A stretch of DNA of 64,000 nucleotides from Octopus vulgaris (GCA_951406725.2 OX597825.1:16926001-16990000), one strand, 5' to 3'. Shown: positions 27,461-42,718, counted from the first letter of the stretch. Program-made: numbers and translations. The notes: generated by a model from the sequence alone, not told the origin.

Positions 27461-27471
27461 TCTCTCTCTCT

Positions 27472-27518
<47 letters not shown>

Positions 27519-27579
27519 GGATATGCACACACACATATATACATATATATGTTTATGTATATATGTATGTATATACATA

Positions 27580-27619
<40 letters not shown>

Positions 27620-27622
<3 letters not shown>

Positions 27623-27829
27623 GGAGAACCACACTACATATGGAACATCCGTTTCCCACAGTACAGGCAGATTCCTTTCAGTCAGCACATAGAGAGTTAT
27701 GCAGGTAATATTCAACCAAACGTCACAGTTTTTGCTATCTACCTGTATAAAGAAACAATATCTGTAGAAGAATGTTTAAATTCAGAGAAATTATTTATTG
27801 AAAAATACAGCAGAAGCCTAAAGAAATGA
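27620..27829 (+). mobile_element. Penelope-like element GIY-YIG endonuclease C-terminal fragment
   Basis: [24 protein letters not shown] is homologous to IAFPEYRMIPFSEHIE..ETFFIEKY at 45087-45368. Confidence 0.8.
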
Positions 27830-29133
27830 AAGCAATAGAATATATATAAATATGTCCTTGGGTCAATGTGTTTAGCTAAAACCATTTTAAGTGGTGCTCC
27901 AATAACGGAAGCAAGTACTGAAAATAAAAGAAAAGTATATATCCGTGTAAGTTACTTAGGACATATGTACGTACTTGTAAAGACGAACGAAAGCCTCATA
28001 CATAGATTTAAATGTAACTTGCTAGGCACCATATACTGTTTTTAGCTTGTTTCTGCTGGGTTGCTTTTAAAAGGATCAAATGTATGCGAAATCCCAGCGT
28101 TAGGCAATTATACGTGCATTATTAAAAAGACAAAATAAACGAAGATATTTTTTATACATTTTATTCTTCTCAGAATACTTTTTCACTAAACTGAGATAAT
28201 CTTAGAATTATATAGTTATTATTTCGCCATTAACAATTTAAGTAATCTTTGCTAAACTATCACATTAGTTTCCACGCAATTGAGCAGATGCTGTTGCAAG
28301 TTGTAACGTTCACAACAAAATAACAAAAAGGAATAAAGTGAGCAATAATCTCATACACAAATTGCCAAATGTAAATGTATGTATATGTTTCATGCTGAAC
28401 AAAAAAAAAAAAGACCTTTATTTAATTTTTTTCTTTTTTTTTTCTTTTTGATATTTTTTATTTTGTTTCCTTGGTAGATATGGTTCTTTTTTCTCGATAA
28501 TTCAATCTTTTATATTTTTAAGGGTTTTTTTTCTTTCTTGTCTTCCTCTAAAAATATGTTGTGTATAAAAATCCATGGTTTGATATTTAAAAAAAATATT
28601 CTGGAAATTGTCATAAATATTTAAATATGTTTTTAACGTCTTTCGGATCGAATTAAGTTCGGAAGTACAGAGAAGATAAGTAAACTGAACGCATACAGAA
28701 TAATTTTTTTTAAATGTACAAGTTATGTTAAAAGTGACATTGGTGGGGAATTCGTCAGGTATCTCTAGATTCTTCATTTGCCATTCCACCCTACATATGA
28801 GAATCCCTGTGGAGCTCTGTAGAAAGGAGACCAGCACAGTTTGACCTCGCAAAACCCCAATTTGGTTGAATATTTACATGTCAAAATACGTTTTTTTTCG
28901 TGGAATTTATATATCCTTTGAATGTTCTATATATAAACTTTCTTCTGATATACTCATAACAAATTTTCTCAATTATCATGGTATCCCCAACCAAACACAT
29001 TGTTGGTCCCGTTTTTGTTTTTGACCACCGAACGGTAACTTTAATTCTGGTTCGAAGCACTAGAACACTATAAATTGATTTGTGTTGAAAATGATACAGT
29101 TACGAAGAGGATTTGTTTTGTTTTATTTTTGAT

Positions 29134-29271
29134 AGGCGTAAGAATGGGTGTGTTGTAAGTAGCATGCTTACGAATCACATGATTCCTGAGGCAAGTGTCT
29201 TCTACTATAGCCTCGGGTTGCCTAAGGCCTTGTGAGTGGATTTGGTAGACGGAAAGTGAAAGAAGCTCGTC

Positions 29272-29328
<57 letters not shown>

Positions 29329-29646
29329 TAAATGAAAGAATGGAGTCGAACGAAGATGTTAACAAAATTCCTTTACTCTCGACACATGTTTTCCATGCTG
29401 ACGATAAACATAGGATAATTCATTCACCTACTTAAATATATATATATGTATATATGTGTGTGTATATGTCCAACTAAAAGCGCTTGACAACCGATCCTGG
29501 TGTATTTATGTCCCCGTAAATTAGCGGTTTGGCAAAAGAGACTGATAGAATAAGTACTAGGCTTACAAAGAAGAAGTCCTGGGTTCGATTTGCTCGACTA
29601 AAGGGGGTACTCCAGCATGGCCGCAGTTACATGTAAAAGAGTAAAA
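29134..29646 (+). mobile_element. SINE family A with insertion in its central (TA)n
   Basis: 5' half 29134-29273, 3' half 29480-29646; unrelated 29325-29435 segment inside the TA tract. Confidence 0.85.
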
Positions 29647-30175
29647 CAGATATAAAAGTCGATGGTGGTAGATTAGATAATCGTTATGAAATTTGAAAGT
29701 GGAAATTTTATCGTGAATTTTCTCTTGGATAAAGCTATTTCGTTCAAGATTTTCATTGCATAAGAAACAAAAGTTTCTGCTGAATTCTGGTCACGATATG
29801 GCACAAATGAGCAAATTCAATAAAAAGAGACTACAACGGCTGCTTGTGTAGGATGGAAGCACACTGAAACTTCTGGGCAAATTTCTGTGTGTGTGTGTGT
29901 GTAGATATGTGTGTGTGTGTGTGTGTATGTATCTGCGTGTGTGTGTGTGTGTGTGTGTGTGTGCACACGCGCTTATGTATGTAAGAAAAACATATTTACC
30001 AAAAGAAAAGTATGCTAGACGAAAAGGATTGATTTCAGGGAGATTTAGCTGTTGTTTCTAGCACATTATCATTATCTAGCAGATTGCTTCAGCGCGATTA
30101 TCTGATACCTTCCCTATTTACCACCACCACACGGAGTTTTATCATGGCTACCGAATAATTGTCGCATATCATATT

Positions 30176-30220
<45 letters not shown>

Positions 30221-30254
30221 ATCTTTCCTTTATATATATATATACATACATATG

Positions 30255-30467
30255 TGTGTGTGGGTCTGTCTGTGTTGGGTCCCTAACATATCTTGGCAAC
30301 CGCTGCTGGCGTGTTTACGTCACCGTAACATTGCGGTTCGGCAAAACAGACCGATCGAGTAAGTACTAGGCTTCCAAAGAATAAGTCCTGGGGTCGATTT
30401 GATCGACTGAAGGTGGTGCTTCAACATGGCCGCAATCAAATGACTGAAACAAATTAAAGAATAAAAA
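30255..30467 (+). mobile_element. SINE family A 3' half
   Basis: GCGGTTCGGCAAAA.AGACCGAT..AAGTACTAGGCTT..GAATAAGTCCTGGGGTCGA. Confidence 0.85.
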
Positions 30468-30999
30468 ATAGGAGACTTTTTAAAAAGCTTTCTACGCAAC
30501 AAAAACCCATATTTCATATTTGTACATTACGACTACTTGAAAAATTTCGAACATTTTTATGCGGCATGCTATACTTCAATCTTTCTATCTATGGTTTACG
30601 ATATTGTTTTAGTTATGAAAGTGTTCCTATCATGCAATAATTTTCATTTTTCTCGTTCCTGTCACCATGCTACCATACCATATTTTATGGATGTATACTG
30701 TTTACTTTTCCGAGCACAAATCACCTTCAGTTATAAATTTATTGATATATTATGGGTTAGAAAGGAATTTAGAACAGACGAAAAAACAAAGAATTAGAGA
30801 CGGATTTTTCAAGGAATATATACGAGTTAACAGTGGTTGTATTAAACGTGTTTCACTGTCACTGAAATTGAAAATTTAAGTTAACATCACTGTTGTATCT
30901 GACTTAGTATGTAACAGAATTTAGTGACTCACTAAAGGATAAAACTTTTAACTTTTATTATATACTCTTTCTAAGTTCGAATACTATTGCAAATATTCA

Positions 31000-31346
31000 T
31001 TTCTACTATAGCCAGAGGGGTAAGTCGATTACATTGACCCCGGTGTGTAACCGGTACTTATGAAATCGACCCCGAAAGAATGAAGGAAAAGTCGACTTCG
31101 GCGGAATTTGAACTCAGAACGTAACGTCAGAGGAAATATCTATTTCTTTACTACCCACAAGGGGCTAAACACAGAGGAGACAAACAAGGACAGACAAAGG
31201 GATTAAGTCGATTACATAGACTCCAGTGCGTAACTGGTACTTAATTTATCGACCCCGAAAAGATGAAAGGCAAAGTGAAACTCAGTGGAATTTGAACTCA
31301 GACGAAATACCGCTAAGCATTTCGCTAACGATTCTGCCAGCTCGGC
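31000..31346 (-). mobile_element. SINE family B dimer
   Basis: Reverse complement of the 12661-13241 structure. Confidence 0.85.
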
Positions 31347-31499
31347 GCGTTTACCATTGAAAATATTGAACTATAATAACCGCACCCAAAAAGAAAAATA
31401 CAAACGACAGTGTTCTGGGGTTGTTTCGTTTTCCACTGATACTATTCTCCTGTATTTTTATATTTTGTCCTAATTGAAATACCAATGTAATGAAAATAT

Positions 31500-32110
31500 G
31501 ACGGTTTCTAGTCAGTTATTTAAAAGCTTTAATCATCCTATTTTCGTATTGAACAAACAGAAGGAAATTTGAGCAGAAACTAATATTGCAGAAAAAATTT
31601 GCTCAATTATGTTGAAATCATGATTAGGAATTGTAAGAATCTAATGGAATAAATTTGAATTCTTATTCAAGAATTGTTAATTCTTTAAATTGAATTATGG
31701 AACTGTTTAAAATCTACATTCAGCATCTTCGTATTGAGTTAACTTTCAGATTTTAGTGACAAATATATAACATGGCGTCATAAAAGTCTCATATTGCTTC
31801 AAATATGTAATGTTTGATTTCCAAGTTTATACTGAGGATCTAAGTATTAGATATTTAATTTCTAGATGAAAGATTTACAGATATGAAATTTTGAATGTGA
31901 GTCAGGTGTCAAACTGGTGCAAAAAGGAAGTTCAGTAAAGATACGAAGGAAATATCTTGAAGTTTAAACAGAAATTACAACTTACCTTAAACTCTGAATT
32001 TCACATATCTTGCTAAGATCTCAAAGACTTATGCTTGGACTATGAATATAAATCAGAATAATTGTTTTGGCAAACTTAAAATTTAAATGTCAAATAATAA
32101 AGTGCATATG
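31500..32110 (+). pseudogene. Possible hAT (Charlie/Buster-type) transposase C-terminal fossil
   Basis: VYTEDLSI..DERFTDMK and LQLTLNSEFHISC-like remnants; weak. Confidence 0.3.
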
Positions 32111-32739
32111 TACTTTGCTAGTGTAGTGTTTAATGTAATTATATATGAGGAACATTAATTAAGAATTTTACGTATGTATGTGGATGTGTGTATGTATGTG
32201 TGTGTGTGTAGAATCATGGGAACATTTTTGAAAAGTCTCCGGACAGTTATAATCTCCGATTTACTTAAAAGTAAAGAGATAAACTTAACTCTTTAATCGT
32301 CTATTTTATAACATCGAACCTCGGATGCACTAATCTACAAATGGCAGTTCCTACTCCTCTCCAAGTGCCAAACCGCGTATTCCTTATCTATAGTTCATCT
32401 CTGCATATAATGTGAAGAAATGTGATGAAGAAATGTGATGAAGAAAAAGGAGATGAGTTGATATAATGTATAATGTAGAGATATATGGATTGCTGTTGAC
32501 ATGCTCTTTGCATAACTTCAGTAAGAAAATAGATGTGTTGAGCTACTGGAGTGTTTCGTATCAAGAAAGCTAAATTCACAATATGATGCATGCTGGTTGG
32601 TTTGAGAACATTACTGCGATATTCTTGGAGACTTGAAATGCATCCACTCGGATGAAGCGAGGCTGAAATGCCTCATGCATTTATGAAAAAACGGTATTCT
32701 TGGTGGTATTCTTGAAGCGGTATTCATGGAGGCATTAAA

Positions 32740-33221
32740 GGCGGCGAGCCGGCAGAATCGTAGCACGCCGGGTGAAATGCTTAGAGGTATTTCGTCAGCC
32801 GCTACGTTCTGAGTTCAAATTCCGCCGAGGTCGACTTTGCCTTTCATCCTTTCGGGTTCGATAAATTAAGTACCAGTTACGCATTGGGGTCGAAATAATC
32901 GACTTAATACCTATGTCTGTCCATGTTTGTCTCCTCTATGTTTAGCCCCTTGTGGGTAATAAAGAAATATGTATTCTTGGAGGCATCAAAGGCGGCGAGC
33001 CGGTAGAATCGTAGCACGCCGGGTGAAATGCTTAGAGGTATTTCGTATGCCGTCACGTTCTGAGTTCAAATTCCGCCGAAGTCGACTTTGTCTTTCATCC
33101 TTTCGGGGTCGATTAAATAAGTACCAGTTACGCACTGGAGTCTATGTAATCGACTTAATCCCTTTGTCTGTCCTTGTTTGTCTCCTCTGTGTTTAGGCCC
33201 TTGTGGGTAGTAAAGAAATAG
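32740..33221 (+). mobile_element. Two complete SINE family B copies in tandem
   Basis: GGCGGCGAGCCGG heads at 32740 and 32991. Confidence 0.9.
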
Positions 33222-34320
33222 ATATACTTGGAGACATCTACTCTGAAAGATCGAGGCTGAAATCCCTTATACACTTAAGGAAAACGACGCGATATTCTTG
33301 GAGGAATCCACTCTCATGGAGTTAGGCTGAGATTCAACACACATTTATGGAAAATGATCTAAATCGTGATGGCATACTTGTTCAATATGACTTTATATAC
33401 TCTGTAATGTCTTCATTATACGATATATAAAGTGCTATGCCGATTATTTAAGAGAGACTATAAATGGTAGTATTTCTGCATAATGTTTTTTATTTAGATT
33501 TATCCTATTTCATATGCATTCTTTGCTCTCTTCAATAAATAGGTTATCTTAGACATAATAATCACGATATTAAAAAACTAATTTAAAATTCTCTGCCTTG
33601 TCAATCGGTGGTGATTTATAATTATTAATAAATTGGACTTCTGTTACTCAATTAAATGTTCACTTTTTTTCATAAGTCTGACTAGAGTTAAAAAAATAAA
33701 ATAGATGCGTAAAGAGAACAATGCGAAGATGACACTTCACCATTTGACATGATAATTCTCTTGTAATGAACTTTGATTAAATTTCGGTTCGCTTTCTTTT
33801 GCTAGTGCAAACACGTGCTTTCGTATTTCAATTTACTCTTGAGAAAAAGTACAAATATTTCTAGAAAAAGTACAAATATTCAATCGGGTTTAATGTAAAA
33901 TAGGTACAGTTTTCATGAATAAAGTACATTAAGGCGTCTATCTTTTTCAAGGTAGCACACACTTGAAGATATGGCAGTGCATTTATTGAACATAATCAAT
34001 ATTTTAATCACATGGAAGTTAATGTCCCGTAAGCAATGTGTGATCAGAGAATGATAAGCTTAAAACAAGTTCTGTTGCAATCTGAAACGAATTTACATTT
34101 AACCCAACTAGTTTGGAAATATTTATACACCTATTTTGTTATTACAAATTTGTGTTATTTTTTTTAATGAAGTAAATATTTAAATGAGATACGGTTAATG
34201 AGTTGAAGAACAGCATGGAAAGGAAATTTGATTAAGACAGGAAGTGGTCGCAGTTCCTATTTGCAGTGAAAGATAGGGAAAAATATGCATAGAATTATAC
34301 AATATTTTTTTTTTACTACC

Positions 34321-34730
34321 AGGCGTAGCTGTGTGGTAAGAAGCTTGCTTCCCTACCATATGGCTCTGTGTTCAGTGCCACTGCGTGGAACGTTGTACAA
34401 ACATCTTCAACTATAGCCTTAGTCCAATCAAAGCCTCGTGAATGGATTCAGTAGACGGAAGCTGAAAAAAGCCCGTCATATGTGAATGTATGTATATTTA
34501 TATATTTGTATATGTGTCTTCGTGTCTCTATTTGTCCCTCTACCATCGCTTGACAAACAATGTCGGTATGTTTACATCCCCGTAACTTAGCGTTTCGGCA
34601 ATAGAGCCCGATAGAATAAGTACTAGGCTTACAGAGAGTACGTCCTGGGTTCGATTTCTTCGACTAAAACACTTTAAGGTGGTGTTCTAGCTTGGCCGCA
34701 ATCAAATGATTGCAACATGTAATAGAATGA
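34321..34730 (+). mobile_element. SINE family A, diverged full length
   Basis: Collinear with 55826-56237. Confidence 0.85.
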
Positions 34731-34750
34731 AGTATATATATGTATATGAT

Positions 34751-34799
<49 letters not shown>

Positions 34800-35010
34800 T
34801 CTCTTTTACTATTTTACTCCTTTACTTGTTTCAGTCATTTGAATGCGGCCATACTGGCGCACCACCGTTTAGCCGAGCAAGTGAACCCCATGACTTATTC
34901 TTTATAAGCCTAGTACTTATTCTATCGGTATCTTTTGCTGAACCGCTAAGTTACAGGGACGCATACACACCAGCATCAGTTGTCAAGCGATATTGGGGGG
35001 GGGGGGGACA
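34800..35010 (-). mobile_element. SINE family A 3' half (tail-to-tail with previous copy)
   Basis: Matches 8478-8690. Confidence 0.85.
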
Positions 35011-36561
35011 AATATATATATATGTATATATGTATATATATATATATATATAATGCACACATACATATTTATGTATATATAAATATGCATATATACATAT
35101 ATATATATATATGCACACACATACACACATATATGTATATACGCGTGTGTGTGTGTGTGTGTGCGTGTGCGTGCGTGTGTGTGTGTGTGAGTGTGTGTGT
35201 TTCTACACATATTTTTGACGATGGGAGATGTATCAGTTCGAAGAACTTTAAATGGCGTGATGTTGTTCACGGTGGTTCTCAGTTTAGCTGGGCTGACTCA
35301 CATCCTTTGCCTTTCTGGTCGTCATCTGCATCAGATGTAGAAAAGAGATAGATTGTCATGTACTGAAATAGCGATTGACAGCCATTCACTCCGTTATTGT
35401 CCCAAGTGGTCTGTCCTTAGCCATTCTGGCTTTGATGCTTCTCCGCTACTTCAGCCGTTATTTGTATATATAAAAGGCAGGATGTGTGTGTACGTGAATA
35501 TAATTTATGCACATCAACAAATTAGCACGCATGTCGCTCCAATTTTAGGAGGACATTCGTCATGATCCTAGCTGTATTTTTGTCAACTTATTTGATCCAG
35601 AGGCAGTAAAAATAAATTTTCAACCAAAACTTTTTGCAATTTTCAAGTCGGAGATATCACCATTGTTTGCAAACAGGAGTTAAGTCCCCTTCTAAGCGAC
35701 GAGTAAGTTTTTGTTAAGACTTTGGATGTTGTTTTCCTATCGAGGAAAAAAGTGTTTTGTTGATATACGGGTAACACACACACACACACACACACAAACA
35801 TACACACACACACACACACACTCACACACACATACTAACATGTATGCGTATAGAAAACATGTATGCAATACATGCAATGCATGTATGTAATAGGTGTACG
35901 TATTCAAACAGAATCCAATGTATGCCTCGCATATATAACATGATTTAATTTACTATATTAGGCACCAAATATGTAGCTATATTTTGTATTCTATGGATAT
36001 ACCTTGCTATTTATTTGCGACAATACAATATCCATATACAATTAGCTATATTCATTACGTTTCGCTTCTTTAACGTGACTTGACGTCTGTTAAACTTAGT
36101 GAAATTTCTTATATTAAAGTAACGTCTTTCACTAATTCTATATTATCACCTACATCATATCATTTGTATAGACGTTCATGTTTGTATAAGATTAAAATAA
36201 ATAAGTATAAAGCCAAAAAAATGAAACAAAATAAAACGATTCTCATTGTATATCATATTTAAAAATTTCTATATGGTAAATATCTTGAAGTAAAATTGCT
36301 TTCCTTTTCGCAAGAAAAATTTCTAAGAAGAAAAAGATGATAAATGAATAAAATAGTTCGGGGGCACAGCCTTTGTATATGTGTCTATGAATCTGTCATA
36401 GAAATACTTACAAGCATACATGTATACATACATATATGGTACAAACAAACGTTCGTATATACACGTATACATATGTATATTTTTTATAAACACATATGTG
36501 TGTATCTATATGTATATGTATGTATATACACATATATGTGTGTGTATGCATGTATAGATGC

Positions 36562-36613
<52 letters not shown>

Positions 36614-36639
36614 GTATGTATATACATATATATATATAC

Positions 36640-36711
<72 letters not shown>

Positions 36712-37006
36712 GTGTGTGCGTGTGTATGTATGTGTTCGCTTAGTAACGGTATTGGGGAATTAGTTCGCTCCATGATCACGTTGTTTCGAGTTTATCCCAC
36801 GACTTCCATTTTTATTTCACATTAATCCTCGTTTCACTAATTTTCTTGTTTCATTTCTTAAAATTGCACTCCAAAAAATAATGAAATCTGCACTTTCTTG
36901 TGCAGAGAAATTCTGACCAAAACTTAAAGTTACCACGGTTTGAGTTTTGTCATGCTGATGTCTTCAAATTATGGTGAAATGGCGTCTTACATAGCTACCT
37001 GGGTTT

Positions 37007-37061
<55 letters not shown>

Positions 37062-37064
37062 ACT

Positions 37065-37567
<503 letters not shown>

Positions 37568-37804
37568 ACCATCGTAATGAGTAGAATTAGAAATACTATA
37601 TATGTTTATTCAATACACCTTCTTTGTTTCAATTGGATTGTAAATCAAAACTTTTAAACACGGCAAGTGATTATCTCGCTTACAAAATGTGCCGTCATGG
37701 CAGTGCAAATTCTGATTAGCATAATTTTCTTAAAAATCAAGCTTTCTCTGCTTCCCTAAATACAAGTTCAAAGCAAACTTCTGAACCATAAACAATGCCT
37801 TTAA

Positions 37805-38012
37805 TATTAGTTTCAACTTTTGTCACAAGATCAGTCATTTTAGGGGTACGTGGAAGTCGATTATATAGTCTCTAGTGCGCAACAGCTACTTATTTTATCG
37901 ACCCAGAAAGGATGAAAGCAAAGTGGAGCTTGGTGGAATCTGAACTCAGAACGTAAGTACCGACAAAAATATTTCGCTCGACGTGCTAATGATTCTGCCA
38001 GCTCGTCGCCTT
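37805..38012 (-). mobile_element. SINE family B monomer
   Basis: TTTTATCGACCC.GAAAGGATGAAAG..GAACTCAGAACG..CTGCCAGCTCG.CGCC. Confidence 0.85.
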
Positions 38013-39419
38013 AAACAATGCTTTTAACATTAATAAGGAAAATTTTCCAGTTCTTTCTCTATATTGAAGGGTAAAATATTTCAAGTATGCAATAGAATAT
38101 CGTTATTCTTATAAGGGTCGATATTTTATTGTTGGTAATATAGGAAATCAGAAGACACTTTATCATTAACTCCCTATTCTTTTTTCTATTTTAATATCAT
38201 ATAATTTATGAGATATTTTGATAAGAAGATATCATTTAAAAAGCGATATTATATTGGCACTATATTTTATTGCCGAATGTAGTACATAGGGCTTCTTAAA
38301 GCACATGAAATTCAGCCCAGTTTTGGATGAGTTTCGTTCTATTCGTTGTCAGGAAAATAAAAATTTCCGCTGAATCTAAAGCACAACATCCATACAAAAG
38401 CCTATTAATAATTAATGAATTAAGTTCATTGATTTTGACAATGGTTTATCGACATTTAGTTTCATTTTGACGTATTTGGATATTTCCTTGGTTTACAGTA
38501 TATCCCAAAATTCGGTATCTAAGAGTCTCACAAATATGTTATTAGGAACGACTTGAACAACATCACCTTCTTCTTTCTCTTGTTTGCATTATGGACGATC
38601 TGTGTGTATGGAAACAGAGCTGTTATTAGAAGACAAATTTATATGGAAAAAGTAAGTACCTATATTTATTTCAGCTACTTTTATTTCTAACGCCTGAAGA
38701 CCAGAAATGAATCTATACAATTCAAACTTACATATTATTTATCTTCGCCAACTGAACATCGTTATATACTTATCATATGCATTTTTTTATGAATAACCTT
38801 TGTTACAGAGAGGATTATTTAATAATCAGTGTAGAATGGCGAGAAATACAACGCTCAGAGTATGAAAGAATAAAATTCTACGTTGGAAGACATCTACTTG
38901 ACGTTGCTTTCCAGTTTTTAACTTAATGTATAAGCTTTATTTTCCATATATTATGAATAGATGATCTATTATAGGAACCGTTTTGAATGATCGTCTTATT
39001 TCCGACACATCAGGTACGCTGGGATGAATTCTTTAACACGTGAAGCAGGTGCTCATTTCTATTTACGATAAACGACATCCGTTCTGGGCTTTCACATAAT
39101 TACCAGAAGTTAACAGCTTTGTCAGTATAATGATATAAGTAGATTAAATATTCAATATCTATAGAAAATGGATGTCTACCGAAAAGACTGAGTTCTTGAG
39201 AATGTGAAGATTTATATGCTTGAATTCATGTATGGTTGTATGTTGTATGCATGCATGTGTGTTTATATATCAAACTATAATAAAAACACATTAACATTCA
39301 ACTTAAGAATTACCCAATATTGTTTTGAAGGGTACATATTAACTATGCTCTTTAGAATATGACAGTAACTTCGAAGTCACGGCATGTTAAGCTTCAACAG
39401 TCAGACAAAGACTAGAAGG

Positions 39420-39527
39420 CCAATTTTTCGAATGTTATAGAATAAAGCCACCTTCAATTTCAACAAATGATTTTATATGAGATCTAAATCATCAAATGCT
39501 CCAAGCGACTGGTCCTGGTTCATTTTT
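39420..39527 (-). mobile_element. maT-like mariner 3' end fragment
   Basis: Close match to 42900-43005 (AATAAAGCCACCTTCAA..GAGATCTAAATCATC..TGGTCCTG.TTCATTTT). Confidence 0.7.
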
Positions 39528-40014
39528 ACTGTAAAAGTATATGTGCGTGTGTGTGTTTATAGGGGTGTATTTGTGGATGTGTATGTCTGTCTGTGTGTGC
39601 GTAAACAAGAGGAAAGTGAAAGATACTCTCCATACCGACAGCATAAGAACGTAACTTATTGAATTTGAAAGCTTCACAAACAGTTATTTCGAAAATCTCC
39701 TTCAAGATTTTAGACCAGTTATTTAAAATAGAACATAAAATTTTCCCTTTAATTGGTATATATGTAAATATGTTTTACTATATTAGCATACGCTGTTTGG
39801 TTAACATAGAATATCCAGAAGTATATTTTCTGAACGATATAATCTTTGTTTTTTAAATCTTGGGCAGGTCATTATGTCTATGATAAACACACAAGCAGAG
39901 GACACGAATAAAGTCGCGATTAAAGACGTAAAAACTGGAAACCCTAATTGATTGATTGACAGATCGATTAACAAAAGTATCCTTTAGTTAATTGGTTAAA
40001 TGTTATAAAACTTG

Positions 40015-40125
40015 TGGAAGGCAAATTCGACTTCGACGGAATTTGAACTCAGAATGTAATGATGGGCGAAATGCCGCTGATTATTTTGCCCGGCGTGCTA
40101 ACGAATCTGCCATCGCACCTCCTTT
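40015..40125 (-). mobile_element. SINE family B 5' fragment
   Basis: GGAATTTGAACTCAGAA..GCCCGGCGTGCTAACGA. Confidence 0.8.
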
Positions 40126-41792
40126 GCTTCTTTTAATATATTGAACAGATTATAACACCCCAAAGAACTATCAAGGAGCTTTGCTTCGTCAAACTGCTAG
40201 ACAATTGGAGTGAACATTTTTCAACTAAATGTAATGGGTAGATTCCTCGACTCTAGATTCTACATGTTGAACCAATATTTTTTCCTATGTCATTGATCAA
40301 TGAAGAACAAACACAAAACTCTCAAAACGATGAAAAATTGGAAAGCCACCGGTCTAAATTACACCTCAGTCAAGAGATGGAAACTGGTTGGACATCGCAG
40401 AAGATACAAAGTCTTGAGTTTGCACCAGAAGATCCTCATGTTACTGATGTCTCTTTTGCTATACATTCCTAGTCTACAAGAATAAGTTCAATGCGTTTGA
40501 ATACACCGATTATTGCCTAATCCAGCTGTTTTCTCAATCTATAAACATTTTCAAACGTATCATCCAAGATATATTGCGCATCACCATCTATATATTAGCC
40601 AAGCAATGCGGAATTCTTCAGCGAAGTGGAATAATTGATGTTATACACTTTCTCTGATTGATAAAAGAAGAATTGGGAAAATATCAATTCGAACCATTTG
40701 CCATTCCTTGAGGTAGGATTGTCGACTAGTTTTGAGTTATTGACTAGAGTCCCAGTTTTAGCATTTTGATAGTAGCCAGCTCCAAGGGATGCTAAATACC
40801 ATGATACGTTAATTAATGTGGAATACCATTTTCCACAGGGTTTTTGTTGAGCATGAATATGAGTTTCAGCTCCTGTTATTAATCCTGTTCATAGATACGA
40901 TAATCTATATGTTAACCCATCCGTGGATGCATGTGATTGCCTTATACCAAAAGCTAAAGCTTTAGCTACAGCAATGAACATGTTTCGAAACTTGTTGCAG
41001 ACTGATGGCAACATTAACGATAGGGGCCAGAATGTGACGAAAATCATAAAAATCTAGACGGCAACGCTGAAAGTCAAATAATCAAGTAAACTGTACAGAA
41101 CAGAAAATCTAACATATCTTTTTCTAACCTTACAAATACAACTCTATCATAACTTTGAGGCAGTAACATTAATGAAATTATAATTATTAAATAAAATATA
41201 TGACAAATTAGCATTATTTGTTTGCTGTTTAAATTACATATTTTTTAAAGTTGCATACATAAAATAAATAGTTCGGAGGAAAATATAATTATCTTCATTC
41301 ATAAAAAATATAGGAAATGCATAACGCTGCCGGTTGTATAGAGAGCAAGGATATTAGCATGTGTTGAAAGAATGCTAGGATGTATAAATCTGCTCTTTGC
41401 CGAATTACAAGATAAAGAAACACGTTGTGTATAATAAAGAAACGCAAGAGTTCGCTACGAGGTTAAACTCTAAAAGACTACATGACTACATGTATGGATG
41501 TCTAACGATATATTGATAAAATTCAAGGCCTGTGGGGGAGAAAAGAAGAAAAAATTGGCATGACTCAAATTTTCATTTAATTCCATATAGATCCTATATT
41601 TGTATGGCCACACGCTGAATGATTATAGATTACGCTACTTTCTTTCTAACTGAATTTGTAATACATATACACTGAAAATCCAGGAATCGCTGTAGTGGAG
41701 AGTATATATTAAAATTCACCAATTTTGAAAAGTGAACTGAGAGAATGGATGTATATTTCGTTCGTCAGTTATACATACATGCATACATACAT

Positions 41793-41879
<87 letters not shown>

Positions 41880-41909
41880 TGTTCTAGTACCTTCGGATTA
41901 TCACAGAAA

Positions 41910-41998
41910 ATCCATACTGATGAAGAATATGGTTAGTAAAGTATATTTTTTAATATTCTTTATGTAAAAACCTAATTCAGAAACGCGCGTCTATGGAT
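41910..41998 (+). ncRNA. Type I hammerhead ribozyme, copy 1
   Basis: atccata CTGATGA agaatatggtt..aacctaattca GAAA cgcgcg TC tatggat: perfect 7-bp stem I, canonical core, palindromic stem III, GUC site at 41989-41991. Confidence 0.8.
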
Positions 41999-42474
41999 GA
42001 ACGGATATTGATTGATTTTCGTTACTTTACACTCTGCCTGTGTGAATAACCTTCAAGTATTTTGGTTTCTCTGGAAGACCCTTTTTAAAGTAGAAGAAAA
42101 GGCTAAGATTTTTGGCTGCTATTTCTGAACTTCGGTGTGTGGTGAGGCAATTCTTTGCTGAACCCTTTTTATTAGTATTACTAAAATTTACCGTGTAACG
42201 GTCTTGTTTTCATACCGAATTCTACTTGGTGAAATTTATTGATTACTCCTTAATTAATTAATTTTACCATTTGTTATTATTGATAATAGAACTTTCTCCA
42301 TGAGAACATACTGCTGATTTTTTCTGTAGCAATTTACTGGAAGGGCGGGGGAAGCTAAGCGATTCTCATTCATATTTTGAATTTGGCGGTACTAACATTG
42401 AACATGAGCGGCTTAACGCCTTTATATGGATAGATTCCTTCAAATGTTCTAGTACCTTCGGATTATCACAGAAA

Positions 42475-42563
42475 ATCCATGCTGATGAAGAATAGGGTTA
42501 GTAAAGTATATATTTTTATATTCTTTATGTAAAAACCTAATTCAGAAACGCGCGTCTATGGAT
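42475..42563 (+). ncRNA. Type I hammerhead ribozyme, copy 2
   Basis: atccatg CTGATGA agaatagggtt..aacctaattca GAAA cgcgcg TC tatggat; GUC site at 42554-42556. Confidence 0.8.
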
Positions 42564-42718
42564 GATCGGATATTGATTGATTTTCGTTACTTTACTCTCA
42601 GCCAGTGTGAATAACCTTTGGTTTCTCTGGAAGGCCCTTTTTACGGCTAAGATTTTTGGCTGCTATTTCTGAACTTCGGTGTGTGGTGAGGCAATTCTTT
42701 GCTGAACCCTTTTTATTA

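Noticed and set aside
28502-28852. 116-aa non-repetitive ORF
   Set aside because: Non-ATG start, no recognisable motif or splice support; length expected by chance
35295-35340. Minus-strand CTGATGC..GAAA hammerhead-like string
   Set aside because: Core mismatch, no stem II or III and no NUH site
38499-38657. Signal-peptide-like exon (NNITFFFLLFALWTICVYG..MEK|gtaagt)
   Set aside because: No in-frame ATG before the hydrophobic stretch, in-frame stop upstream, and no credible partner exon
40200-41050. Stop-poor unique region with LPFLEV (Penelope RT-like LPFLD) motif
   Set aside because: Single short motif; could not establish collinear RT motifs or assign a family
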